Shown here in pieces: positions 29,577 through 38,590 of a stretch of 47,179 nt of DNA; position 1 is the first letter of the stretch, and each line of letters starts with the position of its first letter. Source of the stretch: an uncultured Porphyromonadaceae bacterium (GTDB taxonomy: Bacteria > Bacteroidota > Bacteroidia > Bacteroidales > UBA12481); contig CAYHCO010000009.1 of the NCBI GenBank assembly GCA_964355105.1, positions 25,183 to 72,361 on the forward strand, read 5' to 3'. The notes under the pieces are model-generated. The model did no database searches. It worked only from the letters and a program-made list of their open reading frames with translations, and was not told where the DNA came from. The translations under genes were made by a program, and so were the position numbers.

Positions 29577-29623
29577 AATGCAGCAAGGCGTAATGATCGT
29601 TCACTTCATTACGCCTCGCCACA
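29575..29623 (-). terminator. Rho-independent terminator (minus strand)
   Basis: RNA reads UGUGGCGAGGCGUAAUGA-AGUGAACGA-UCAUUACGCCUUGCUGCA-UUUU. The 18-bp stem includes three G-U wobbles that form only on the minus strand and is followed by a U-tract. Confidence 0.75.
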
Positions 29624-29656
29624 AACTATCAACAAATATGAATTATCTAATCAACG
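29575..29656 (-). ncRNA. Candidate ~80-nt small regulatory RNA
   Basis: Bounded by a perfect TACATTTG -7 box (29667-29660) and the terminator above. No sizeable ORF on this strand; AU-rich 5' segment. Confidence 0.45.
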
Positions 29657-29659
29657 TGT

Positions 29660-29695
29660 CAAATGTAAAGGGCAATTCTGAAGAAAAACTGAAGA
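29660..29695 (-). promoter_or_regulatory. Promoter with tandem direct repeat (putative OmpR-family operator)
   Basis: Minus strand TCTTCAG-TTTT-TCTTCAG (11-nt period, 29695-29678) occupies the -33 region, followed by TACATTTG at 29667-29660. Confidence 0.6.
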
Positions 29696-29696
29696 T

Positions 29697-30974
29697 TTAA
29701 CCCAATTTGCCGTTTTTTTCAGACCATTTCACATTAAATTGATGTAATCCGTTTCCGCAGGTATATTTTACTTCTAAGCCGGAGACTTCGCAGATCTTTC
29801 GTATCAGGGACAATCCGAGACCGAGTCCCTTGGATTCAGGGCCCTTTACGAATTCTGAAAAATAGAAATCTGTGGGATGTTCGAGTTCAGGCCCATTGTT
29901 GAGGACGCGTAAATTTCCGGGTGTTAATTCGATTTCAAGAATTCCGCCATACAGGTTATGAACGATAGCGTTTTTTACAAGATTGTGAACCAGGATGTCT
30001 CCCAGGGAAGGATCCATCGGTACTGTGATATCCGGAGGAAGTATGGCATTGAGCTTGATTTCCTTTAGTTCGATCAATTCATTCAGGTTGTCGAGTTGCC
30101 TTAAAATGCCGTTTGCCGGCAAGAAAACTCCTGTTGAGGAGTAATGGTGATGATCGATCTTGAAAAGCAAGGCCAGTGACCGGTTCAGCTGTGATAAATG
30201 CCGGCTGTTGTCGCCGATTGACTCGATGAGCTGCAGCTGCTCGCCATCGAGATTTGATGTCTGGAGGAGAAGCTCACTTTTCAGACGGATAACAGCCAGA
30301 GGGGTTTGAATCTCGTGGGTGGTATGCGAGGTGAAACTATTCAGGTTATCGTAAGTTTCGGATATCCTGACGGTCATTTTCTCTATTTCCTCATTAAGGG
30401 TCCTGAATTCGTTGATCCGGGAAACCGGTAGCTTAAGCGCCTTCTGCTTAGGATTATAATGATCAAGAGCTTTAATGGTTTCGTAAAAGTCTTTCCATAT
30501 CCTTCTGAATGCGAACTGATTGAGTAAGTAGATGCCCAGCAGAAAGAGGAATGCAATGAAGGTTATCGTTAGAATGATTTGTCGGACCAATTGCTGGGCA
30601 GGCAATTTCGATTTGTATAAAATAAATTCAATTGGTTGATCCTGAACGGTTTCGTAAAACCTCAAACATCTGATGGCTGCCATCTCGCCAGTTTCCTTGA
30701 CCACACTTACACTGTCATAATAATATTGTTTTTCTGACGGTATCTTCGAGATCTCCGTTGCAATGAGCCTGCTGAAAAGGGGTGCACCTGCCTGATTGCC
30801 AATCAGAAGGAGTTCGGGATTCGACAGTACTTCAGTTCTTTCCTGCTCAAGAATTGAATCAAGCTCATCGTTACTGAGTTTTCTGAGGAGTGAATAAAAG
30901 AACAAGCCGATCAGTACGAATACGAATAAGGAAAAAGAAGAAAGGTAGATAAAGGACTGGCTCTGAAGTTTCAT
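29697..30974 (-). CDS. Two-component sensor histidine kinase
   Basis: Two TM segments around a periplasmic domain, H-box FTSHTTHEIQTPL, N-box NLVKNAIVHN and G2 box GLGLGLSL. Confidence 0.92.
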   Translation of the reverse strand: MKLQSQSFIYLSSFSLFVFVLIGLFFYSLLRKLSNDELDSILEQERTEVLSNPELLLIGNQAGAPLFSRLIATEISKIPSEKQYYYDSVSVVKETGEMAAIRCLRFYETVQDQPIEFILYKSKLPAQQLVRQIILTITFIAFLFLLGIYLLNQFAFRRIWKDFYETIKALDHYNPKQKALKLPVSRINEFRTLNEEIEKMTVRISETYDNLNSFTSHTTHEIQTPLAVIRLKSELLLQTSNLDGEQLQLIESIGDNSRHLSQLNRSLALLFKIDHHHYSSTGVFLPANGILRQLDNLNELIELKEIKLNAILPPDITVPMDPSLGDILVHNLVKNAIVHNLYGGILEIELTPGNLRVLNNGPELEHPTDFYFSEFVKGPESKGLGLGLSLIRKICEVSGLEVKYTCGNGLHQFNVKWSEKNGKLG

Positions 30975-31654
30975 TATTCCTCCGTTATGCGATACCCTGA
31001 TCCGTAAACTGTCTGGATCCAGTCGACGCCCGTCTTTAACTGGAGCTTCTTCCGGAGGTTCTTCATGTGAGTATATACCATCTCGGTATAATCTGTACCG
31101 TAAATGCTGTCGCCCCAGATATGCTCGGCAATGGCATCTTTGGTGATCACGCGGTTCTTGTTGGTTATGAGATACATGAGCATGTCGAACTCTTTGCGTG
31201 TCAGGTCGAGTTGTTCCCCGTTCAATATCGCGGTTTTCCCTTCAGGGTCGATGGTCAGATCCCTGAAGACGATAAGGTTGAAACCTGTGTATCGGGTCCG
31301 GCGGATGACCGATTGTATCCGTGCATTCAATTCCGAAAGATCGAATGGCTTGACCAGATAATCATCGGCTCCGGTCTGCAGTCCGAGGATTCTGTCGTTG
31401 AGAGTATCTCTGGCAGAAATAACTATGATTCCGCATTTTGCCTGGTTCTCCTTGAGGAGTTTGATGATTTTCAATCCATCACCGTCGGGAAGGTTGAGAT
31501 CAACAACTACACAATAATAGTCGTAGGAATCGATCTCACGCAGCGCCTCACGGTAAGTACCGGCAGTGATGCAACGATAGCCTCCCGGCTCCAGATAGGA
31601 AACCATGGATTCCATTAGAGACCTTTCATCCTCTATGATCAGGAGAGTAATCAT
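30974..31654 (-). CDS. OmpR/PhoB-family response regulator
   Basis: IIEDE, phospho-acceptor VVDLNLPDGDG, GADDYLVKPF, winged helix LTRKEFDML and IQTVYGSGY motifs. TAATG coupling to the kinase. Confidence 0.95.
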   Translation of the reverse strand: MITLLIIEDERSLMESMVSYLEPGGYRCITAGTYREALREIDSYDYYCVVVDLNLPDGDGLKIIKLLKENQAKCGIIVISARDTLNDRILGLQTGADDYLVKPFDLSELNARIQSVIRRTRYTGFNLIVFRDLTIDPEGKTAILNGEQLDLTRKEFDMLMYLITNKNRVITKDAIAEHIWGDSIYGTDYTEMVYTHMKNLRKKLQLKTGVDWIQTVYGSGYRITEE

Positions 31655-31690
31655 GGAGCGAATATAGGCAAATTTGAAAACCGGAAAAGC

Positions 31691-32224
31691 CTACTTCGCC
31701 TTGGCAAAAAATATCCTGAATTCCTCAGGTCCCAGTTCCACAACATAGAAGGTATACCCAATGGCTTCTGCTTTGTCGATTAAAGGGGCAGGGTAGAATG
31801 GTGCGATCAGTTCGTATATCTCATTCTCAGGAAGGGAGTGCAAGTCGGCAAGTACTTGTCCAACAGGATGTTCACCACGATTAAGCATCTCCCGCGCATC
31901 GAGGTTCCGGGTTACTTTTGATACTGAGAACCATTCGGGAGCTTCCTGAACTGTTGGGTCCAGACTGTTCTCTTCCATGGTTTCAGGCATTCCGGAGGAT
32001 CCTGTAGCCTGCCGGAGCCGGTTTACCAGATCTTCAACCTTGAGGCCTCCAACGAGTGCTGCCTGTTGCAGTGAGGTTACCCTGGCAACTGTTTTGCGAA
32101 GCACAGGATTCTTGAGTTGACGGAATGCCGGACTGATATCGAACAATACATCTTCCAATTCAGGATAATCAGTTATCAAGTCGAGAATTTTCGTTTTCGG
32201 GGTAATGATCAGTTTCTGTTCCAT
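31691..32224 (-). CDS. DUF1858-domain protein (C-terminal DUF2249/SirA-like domain)
   Basis: TKILDLITDYPEL..VL....P.F..LKNP.LRKTVARVTSL.QAA...G (DUF1858), then LDAR.ML..GEHP...V...L and APFYPAPLID. Confidence 0.75.
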   Translation of the reverse strand: MEQKLIITPKTKILDLITDYPELEDVLFDISPAFRQLKNPVLRKTVARVTSLQQAALVGGLKVEDLVNRLRQATGSSGMPETMEENSLDPTVQEAPEWFSVSKVTRNLDAREMLNRGEHPVGQVLADLHSLPENEIYELIAPFYPAPLIDKAEAIGYTFYVVELGPEEFRIFFAKAK

Positions 32225-32247
32225 AATTTTTATTTTCTGCTGCCTGA

Positions 32248-33480
32248 TTATTTATAGGATACGATTCTCTGCTCACCCTCCAGCTGTCGGTATTCGGTGA
32301 GGTCCTGCGAAACTTCAAGTGTTCCCAGGTAATCTCCGTTTTCATCGCGCAGCGCATAATATTCAATATAGATGAATCGTCCGCCCTTTTGTATCCAGAA
32401 AGGGGCATGGCTGGCTTTTCCGCTCTTGAAATCATCGATAATTTTCTCAACGATATGTACGCTTGCCGGCGGATGGCAGAGACGGACATCCCGGTTAATG
32501 ATGGATCGGCTGCGGGTAAAGATCCGATGCGGGCCCTGGGAAAAGTATTTCACCTTATCGTCCTTATCAACAAATGTCATATCTACCGGGAGGGTATTGA
32601 GGATAGCCATGATCTCGGCGGCGGTAAAACTCCCCGAAGGCAGTTGGATGGAGTTGCCGTGAACCTGTGACTGATCATCTGCAGAAGCTTCCAGTCCTTC
32701 AGGTTTCCATTCAACCTGAGGGTCGTACAGGCAGAAACCGATCGAAAGTGTCTGCTGGTAAATATCCCACCAATTTTCAACCGTGAGGGTATCCAGGCTC
32801 ATCGGAAACAATATCTCTTCCTCTTTCTTAATCATATCCTCGAGTCCATGCAGAGCCGGTTTGAAAAGAATATCGGCGACGGATAAAATGTCTGTTGCCG
32901 TTAATCCTCCGCTTCGCAATATCTCGATACAGCCCTTGATCTGACCGCGGATTTCGTCGTGCTTTCCCCACATGACGGCTGGCGGGCCTGTGATACCTGC
33001 TTTTTCGAGGAATGGAAACAGGAGGTATTCTTTTCTCTGATAGTGCTTGTCGACGTCGAGTATGCTGTTGAACGCCGATAGCAGCTTCATAACCACCTGC
33101 TCCGGATCGTTTCCTTCCGGAAGTTTCTTTAGCTGATCGAGCCATTCGGCTGCATCATCCAGAACTTTCAGCAGTTCGGCGTTCTCCTGGATGAAGGTGT
33201 CAACCGGATGTCCGGGAGGAATCGTTGCCGCCCCGGAATGATCGATACTACCATCGAGTACGAGGGAATGAACATCGCAGAATTTTTGTATCTCTTCCGG
33301 TGGCAGTCCTTCTTCGATCAGTTGTTGTTCAACCTCGACCACTTCCCCATAGGGCACCTGTTTGAGCACTTCTACCAGCTCGGCTTTAACCAATTCAGGA
33401 TCAATGCCCTGGTGAATTTTATAAAGCAATCCTTTCAGGATTTGCTTACGCTCACTGGAATTATTAATTAGTTCACTCAT
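32248..33480 (-). CDS. DUF438 / hemerythrin-like / PAS domain protein
   Basis: EQQLIEEG...EEIQKFCDVH, GHPVDTF..EN, HY.RKE.LLFP, VMWGKHDEIR and KEEEILFP (hemerythrin-like); PAS LPVDMTFVD...CHPP.S. Confidence 0.85.
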   Translation of the reverse strand: MSELINNSSERKQILKGLLYKIHQGIDPELVKAELVEVLKQVPYGEVVEVEQQLIEEGLPPEEIQKFCDVHSLVLDGSIDHSGAATIPPGHPVDTFIQENAELLKVLDDAAEWLDQLKKLPEGNDPEQVVMKLLSAFNSILDVDKHYQRKEYLLFPFLEKAGITGPPAVMWGKHDEIRGQIKGCIEILRSGGLTATDILSVADILFKPALHGLEDMIKKEEEILFPMSLDTLTVENWWDIYQQTLSIGFCLYDPQVEWKPEGLEASADDQSQVHGNSIQLPSGSFTAAEIMAILNTLPVDMTFVDKDDKVKYFSQGPHRIFTRSRSIINRDVRLCHPPASVHIVEKIIDDFKSGKASHAPFWIQKGGRFIYIEYYALRDENGDYLGTLEVSQDLTEYRQLEGEQRIVSYK

Positions 33481-33525
33481 TTGTTGTCAGTTGATAATAG
33501 ATATGAAATTATCTCCAAAGAAATA

Positions 33526-33544
33526 ATTTAGAATCATTCCAAAT
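33526..33544. promoter_or_regulatory. Fur/PerR-like 9-1-9 operator upstream of the DUF438 gene
   Basis: ATTTAGAAT-C-ATTCCAAAT is an inverted repeat with one mismatch, 45 nt upstream of the ATG at 33480. Confidence 0.55.
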
Positions 33545-33571
33545 AGTAACAAAGGTTACAATTGGCAGAAA

Positions 33572-35386
33572 TTAACCAATCAGGATGTTGGTATGCGAAT
33601 AGGTGTAATCGACGTTTGCGGCTCGTCGAAGAAGGGCCAAAACGATAGTCAGGGATCCGATACGTCCGATATACATGGAAGTAATGAGAACGGTTTTTGC
33701 AGCGACACCCAGGGTTGGTGTTATTCCGATACTTAACCCGACCGTGGAGAGGGCAGAAACCTCCTCAAAAACAAGGTGCATCACGTTAATGTGAGGCTCG
33801 AAAATAGATAGCAGGACTGTGCCAACCAGAAACCAGCAGGAATAGATGATTGCCACAGACAGGGCTCGTTGAACGAGGGCGGGTCTGAGAGTATGGTGGA
33901 GGAATATCAGGTTTCTGTTTCCCCTGACGGCTCCCAGGGTAGATTTCAGGATTACCGCAAAAGTGGTTGTTTTTATACCCCCTCCGGTTGATCCCGGGGA
34001 AGCACCGATAAACATCAGAAAGGTAAAGATAAGTATCAGGGGTTCGCTGAATTTTCCGATATCAACCGAGTTAAATCCGGCAGTTCTGGCAATTACAGAT
34101 TGAAAAACAGACTGCATAACCCTTCCGCCAGTTGATACATCATCGGGATAAACCGGGTAAAGAAAAAAGAATGCGAGGGCACCGCCAACAATCAGATAAA
34201 CTGAGGTCCGGATTGCGATTCGTGAACTTGGCTGCAGGTTTTTGAAGAAAAAAATCGATTTGAAGGGCTTTTTTCGAAGTTGGGTCATATCCTGTAATAC
34301 CGGAAATCCTATACCTCCCAGGAACACCAACATGGCGATAACACCATGAACACCAAAGGAAAGCCTAACCCCTTCCTCGTAAAAGTTGTTGGGCCAGAGT
34401 CCGAATCCCGCGTTATTGAAAGCCGAGATGCAGTGAAACATGGAATAGAAAATCTTACTCTGGCCCTCCTTGAATTCCACCGTGGGCCCCCAGGAAAAAT
34501 AGACTATTGCTGTTCCGACAGCCTCGATCAGTATGGAGAAAACTATTACGCTGCGGAGGATGCTTCTGGATTTCGACATCTCATCGGTATCGAGCAGGTC
34601 CTTTATCAGGGACTGATATTTAATGCTGGAGGAGTCGCGGTAGAAAATGGTAAAAAACGCCGCGAAGGCAAGTATATTGATACCACCCAACTGGATGAGA
34701 ATCATTATAATCAGGTGTCCCTTATGGGTAAAGGCCGTGGCTGTGTCGACCACCACAAGGCCGGTTACACAGACTGCACTGGTAGAGGTGAACAGAGAAT
34801 CAATAAAGGATATCCCATGGGTAGTCATCTGAGGCAGCATCAGCAGTCCTGCGCCGAAGAGGATCAAGAGGGCAAAAGATAGTGCAAGAAGCCTGGCCGG
34901 GGATATCCTGACCTTTGAAAGTTTGGCCGCTGCCTTGCCGATTTCAAGTCCGATGATGATGAAAAAGTACAGCTGGATAAGCAGAATGTAAACGTCGCCG
35001 ATGGGAAGATGAAGCGATTTGACCAAAAATTCGTTAAGTGCTGCATGTCCGAAAATGATAAAGAAGATTTCTTCAACAGCCAGGAAAGCAAACACAATGG
35101 AATCCATTTTATTTTCCCTGATGAAGCCGACCGGGTTGAAGTCATAAAAAATGCGTACCAGGTATTTCAGCATGAAAAACCAGATGCTGAACCTGATAAT
35201 CAGCTGTACCCAGTGTGTTCTTACCTCATTTTGCTCAAACCCGTAATAATAAACTACGGCAAGAAGGGAAAATACGGAAAACAAGAACGTGCCCCAGGAG
35301 AGAGCAGCCATCATCCCTGATTTGCTTGAGAAAAGCCGGAGGTTTATTCGTTCCCGAAATTGCTGGATTTCTTCCTTGGAGGGCAT
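33572..35386 (-). CDS. Trk/Ktr potassium uptake membrane subunit (TrkH/KtrB)
   Basis: Four pore loops TSAVCVTGL, SAFNNAGF, ARTAGF and SALSTVGLS; GASPGSTGGGIKTTT motif; extra N-terminal TM region. Confidence 0.93.
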   Translation of the reverse strand: MPSKEEIQQFRERINLRLFSSKSGMMAALSWGTFLFSVFSLLAVVYYYGFEQNEVRTHWVQLIIRFSIWFFMLKYLVRIFYDFNPVGFIRENKMDSIVFAFLAVEEIFFIIFGHAALNEFLVKSLHLPIGDVYILLIQLYFFIIIGLEIGKAAAKLSKVRISPARLLALSFALLILFGAGLLMLPQMTTHGISFIDSLFTSTSAVCVTGLVVVDTATAFTHKGHLIIMILIQLGGINILAFAAFFTIFYRDSSSIKYQSLIKDLLDTDEMSKSRSILRSVIVFSILIEAVGTAIVYFSWGPTVEFKEGQSKIFYSMFHCISAFNNAGFGLWPNNFYEEGVRLSFGVHGVIAMLVFLGGIGFPVLQDMTQLRKKPFKSIFFFKNLQPSSRIAIRTSVYLIVGGALAFFFLYPVYPDDVSTGGRVMQSVFQSVIARTAGFNSVDIGKFSEPLILIFTFLMFIGASPGSTGGGIKTTTFAVILKSTLGAVRGNRNLIFLHHTLRPALVQRALSVAIIYSCWFLVGTVLLSIFEPHINVMHLVFEEVSALSTVGLSIGITPTLGVAAKTVLITSMYIGRIGSLTIVLALLRRAANVDYTYSHTNILIG

Positions 35387-35393
35387 TCAGCTT

Positions 35394-36065
35394 TTATTGA
35401 TTGATGGTTACAAACCGCTCAAGGTCCTTGTTCTGTCCGAACAGAACCAGTGTGTGACAACTTTCAATCTTGAATTCATAATCAACAACCCCCTCGATAT
35501 GACTTTCGCCTTCCTTGATGGATTTTACCGTGACCAGTGACAATCGGTATCTTTCACGAAGGTTGACGTTACCGAGGGTTCTGCCGATGATCTGACGCGG
35601 AGTTCTGATTTCGGCAATCCTGTAATTGTCAGGTAGCTGCAGGTAGGATACCAGGTTTGGATTGGTCAATCTTTCAGCAACGATCTGACCTACCTCAACC
35701 TCCGGGCTCAGTACTTCATGCACCCCGATTTTCTCGAGGATAACCTTCACCCGTTTCCCTGTTGCCCTGGCGATCACCCGTTTGCACCCCATTTCCAGAA
35801 TAAGCACGGTGGTGAGCAGGAGTTGTTCCATATCCTGACCGATGGCTACCACAACGGCATCCATATCGGTTATGTTCACTGAGGCGAGGGCTTTTTTATC
35901 AGTGGCATCCAAAGCCACTGCAGCGGAAACCTGGTCCGACATATTATCGACAACTTCCTCGCGATTGTCAATGGCCAGAACTTCAGCACCACACTTGGTG
36001 AGTGCGGTCGCAATTGCCCGTCCGAACTGGCCTAATCCAATTACTGCAATTTTAAGAGCAGCCAT
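35394..36065 (-). CDS. Trk/Ktr potassium uptake RCK subunit (TrkA/KtrA)
   Basis: Rossmann motif VIGLGQFG, LAID, DAVVVAIG and VIARA...LEKIG...V.SPE; C-terminal RCK-C domain. Confidence 0.93.
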   Translation of the reverse strand: MAALKIAVIGLGQFGRAIATALTKCGAEVLAIDNREEVVDNMSDQVSAAVALDATDKKALASVNITDMDAVVVAIGQDMEQLLLTTVLILEMGCKRVIARATGKRVKVILEKIGVHEVLSPEVEVGQIVAERLTNPNLVSYLQLPDNYRIAEIRTPRQIIGRTLGNVNLRERYRLSLVTVKSIKEGESHIEGVVDYEFKIESCHTLVLFGQNKDLERFVTINQ

Positions 36066-36086
36066 AAATTTTTAAAAAATATCCGG

Positions 36087-36094
36087 CAAAGGTA
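36087..36094 (-). promoter_or_regulatory. -7 promoter box for the trk/ktr operon
   Basis: Minus strand TACCTTTG, 21 nt upstream of the ATG. Confidence 0.55.
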
Positions 36095-36169
36095 TAGCAG
36101 AACACGTCTCATTATCCTTTCTGACAACGGATTCTGAAAATAATTCTTCAAATCATTTTTGACAGGCGA

Positions 36170-37390
36170 TCAAAGGATTTTATCCAGGGCTGAAATCAAC
36201 AGGTCCACCTCTTCAAGGCTGTTGTAATGTACCATTGAGATTCGTACCACGCCGTTCTGATTTTCGAGGCCAAGATCAGCAATGAGTCTTTTTGCATAAA
36301 AATCACCGAACCGTATGCCTATCTTAAATTCATCCATCTTCAGGACTATGGATTCGCTGTCTTTGTTTTCCGACACAAATGAGACGGTTGACACACGCGT
36401 TCCGGTTGCTTTTGCCTGCCCGATAATCCTTATTTGCGGTTTGCCGGCAAGGTAAGTCAGGAGCTTGTCGGTGAGTAGCTGCTCATGCTGTTGGATCAGT
36501 CCTGAAACAGCAGTCAGCCTTGATCGAAAGTCAGTAGCGGTTTTCCCAAAATGATTCTCGTAAAGCACATCGAAATAATCAAGGAGCCCGCACATTCCCC
36601 AAGAAAACTCGAAGTTCACGTTGCCGGGCTGGAATTTGTAGGGCGACTGATCCTTGCCGATAAAATAGTGATTGTTGCCGGGCAGGTTCAGCAGGATAGA
36701 TTTTTTCCCGTACAGCATGGAGTAGTGGGGTCCAAAAGTTTTATAAAAGCTGAATACGTAAAAATCCACGTCCCACGCGGCAACGTCAATCAAACGGTGA
36801 GGCGCGTATGCCACGCCATCCACACAAACCATTGCGCCCGAACGGTGCACCAGACGGGTAATTTCAGCCACCGGATTAACGGTTCCCAGGATATTTGAGG
36901 CATGTGTGAATGCAACGAGCCGGGTTTGACGGGTGAGTAACCGCTCGAGATCAGGCAATTCCAAAGCCAGGGTTTCAGGATTGATCCTCCAGGTTTTAAT
37001 GATCATACCCAGGCTTTCGAGCTCGCGCCAGCACCCGATATTTGCCTCATGGTCGCAGTTGGTGACGATGATTTCGCTGCCTTTGGGGAAATACCTTCCC
37101 AGGTTCATAGCCAGGATTCTGAGAAGGAGGCTGGTACTTGATCCCATAATTATTTCTGCAGGATCACCCGCATTAATGTATTGGGCCATTAGGCGCTGAC
37201 TTTCGGCTACACGCTCTGTGGCAATTACCGAAGGTTCGTAGCTGGCACCCAGCTGGACATTTGAATTCCGGTAGAAATCAAGCATCCTTTCCGTTACCTG
37301 CCTGACAATCTGCGAGCCCCCGGCATTATCCATGAATATCCACCCGGAATCCAGTCCCGGAAAGAAAGATCTGACAAAATTTGTATTCAT
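36170..37390 (-). CDS. Cysteine-desulfurase-like class V PLP enzyme lacking the catalytic Cys
   Basis: MDNAGGSQ, DHEAN, HASNILG, VDGVAYAPH and PLP lysine FSFYK motifs. IRFGDFYA stands where SufS has RxGHHCA. Confidence 0.85.
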   Translation of the reverse strand: MNTNFVRSFFPGLDSGWIFMDNAGGSQIVRQVTERMLDFYRNSNVQLGASYEPSVIATERVAESQRLMAQYINAGDPAEIIMGSSTSLLLRILAMNLGRYFPKGSEIIVTNCDHEANIGCWRELESLGMIIKTWRINPETLALELPDLERLLTRQTRLVAFTHASNILGTVNPVAEITRLVHRSGAMVCVDGVAYAPHRLIDVAAWDVDFYVFSFYKTFGPHYSMLYGKKSILLNLPGNNHYFIGKDQSPYKFQPGNVNFEFSWGMCGLLDYFDVLYENHFGKTATDFRSRLTAVSGLIQQHEQLLTDKLLTYLAGKPQIRIIGQAKATGTRVSTVSFVSENKDSESIVLKMDEFKIGIRFGDFYAKRLIADLGLENQNGVVRISMVHYNSLEEVDLLISALDKIL

Positions 37391-37466
37391 TTAGGTCGTT
37401 ATAGGTTGTAACCACTAAGATATAAAACGATCCGGGTTAAAGTAAAAAAGTCTATTTTTGGAAGGT

Positions 37467-38081
37467 ATGATCCTGCATATAATAATAAAGGGAGTACTCA
37501 CCGGCCTTTTGCTCAGCGCTTATTTGGGACCATCCTTTTTTACGGTCATGGAAACGGTTATGCGACGTGGGGCCCGGGCAGCGGTATTGCTCAATTCAGG
37601 AGTCTGGCTCAGCGACATCAGCTGCATCATCGTCGCCTATTACGGAGCCTCCGAACTCATGGAGCCCATTGAGCATAATGTTATCTTCAAATTGGTGGCC
37701 GGCGGGGCTTTCCTGTTTTTCGGCCTCACTTATCTGCTTAGAAAACCTTCTGAAGCCGTTAAGCCTTTAGGAGGCGTGGGAATTCTGATCCTTCTGGTTA
37801 AAGGCTTTGCCATCAATACACTGAATCCCGGAGTATGGATATTCTGGTTTGGCGCTATGATCGTGGCAGTCACGGGCCTCGACCTTCATGGCATCCAGAT
37901 TATCTATTATTTCGCCTGCACGATACTCACGCTGATGACTTTTGATCTGCTCAAGATCTTCTTCTCTCACAACGTGCGCAAAGTGGTGACTGAAAACGTA
38001 ATCACCAAGATATTCCGGATCACCGGGGTCGTTCTGATGGCCCTCGGACTATTTGTCGCAATCAGCGCCTTCTGGCGTTAA
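37467..38081 (+). CDS. LysE/RhtB-family translocator
   Basis: GP.F..V....MRRG, G..LSD and KGF.IN.LNP..W motifs; about 6 TM segments. Start set at ATG 37467. Confidence 0.85.
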   Translation: MILHIIIKGVLTGLLLSAYLGPSFFTVMETVMRRGARAAVLLNSGVWLSDISCIIVAYYGASELMEPIEHNVIFKLVAGGAFLFFGLTYLLRKPSEAVKPLGGVGILILLVKGFAINTLNPGVWIFWFGAMIVAVTGLDLHGIQIIYYFACTILTLMTFDLLKIFFSHNVRKVVTENVITKIFRITGVVLMALGLFVAISAFWR

Positions 38082-38121
38082 AACATTGAAAGTGTCAAAA
38101 GGAGATCAACATATCTGCGTC

Positions 38122-38499
38122 ATGGCTGAAGAAGGCAAGATCCCGGAATTAATTTTTCAGAAGAATGCCAAATTTAAATCAATACCTTATATCTTATTCG
38201 TTGAAATTCTGTTTCATCGATTTTCCAAAAAGAAGGTGATTAAACTTTTTTTCAGTTATTACGAAAAGGAGAATAAGATAAAACTGGTATATTTATTTAC
38301 CACCAGAACATCTACTCTGCTTGAAATCAATCGAGTCCTTGAGGTGATGTATGATTTTGGGTTGGCGAACAAGGCTGGAAGGATTGAAACTCTAATTGTC
38401 AATCCATTGCTGACTAACAAGATTATGATGCGCCATGGTTGGAGGTTTATCAAAAGGAAAAAAATAGTTGGCCGCTTCTTTGAAAAGAATATTACCTAA
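38122..38499 (+). CDS. Hypothetical basic protein (low-GC islet)
   Basis: Open frame of 125 aa from ATG 38122 with AT-rich codon usage; no firm motif. Confidence 0.45.
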   Translation: MAEEGKIPELIFQKNAKFKSIPYILFVEILFHRFSKKKVIKLFFSYYEKENKIKLVYLFTTRTSTLLEINRVLEVMYDFGLANKAGRIETLIVNPLLTNKIMMRHGWRFIKRKKIVGRFFEKNIT

Positions 38500-38590
38500 T
38501 CCCTCTCCTATGGAAAACAATGCCCAAAAAATCAAACATGTGAGAACAATTCGAAAGTATTTCATTTTAAACACAAACCGAAAAAATGAA

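Noticed and set aside
29638-29700. 20-codon plus-strand micro-ORF MNYLINVSNVKGNSEEKLKI with an A-rich leader
   Set aside because: Promoter, operator and terminator signals all point to the minus strand and no plus-strand promoter was seen. It cannot be fully excluded without ribosome profiling.
33572-35386. Extra N-terminal TM region on TrkH/KtrB
   Set aside because: As far as I recall, long TrkH proteins of this type are common in Bacteroidota, so it is not treated as novel.
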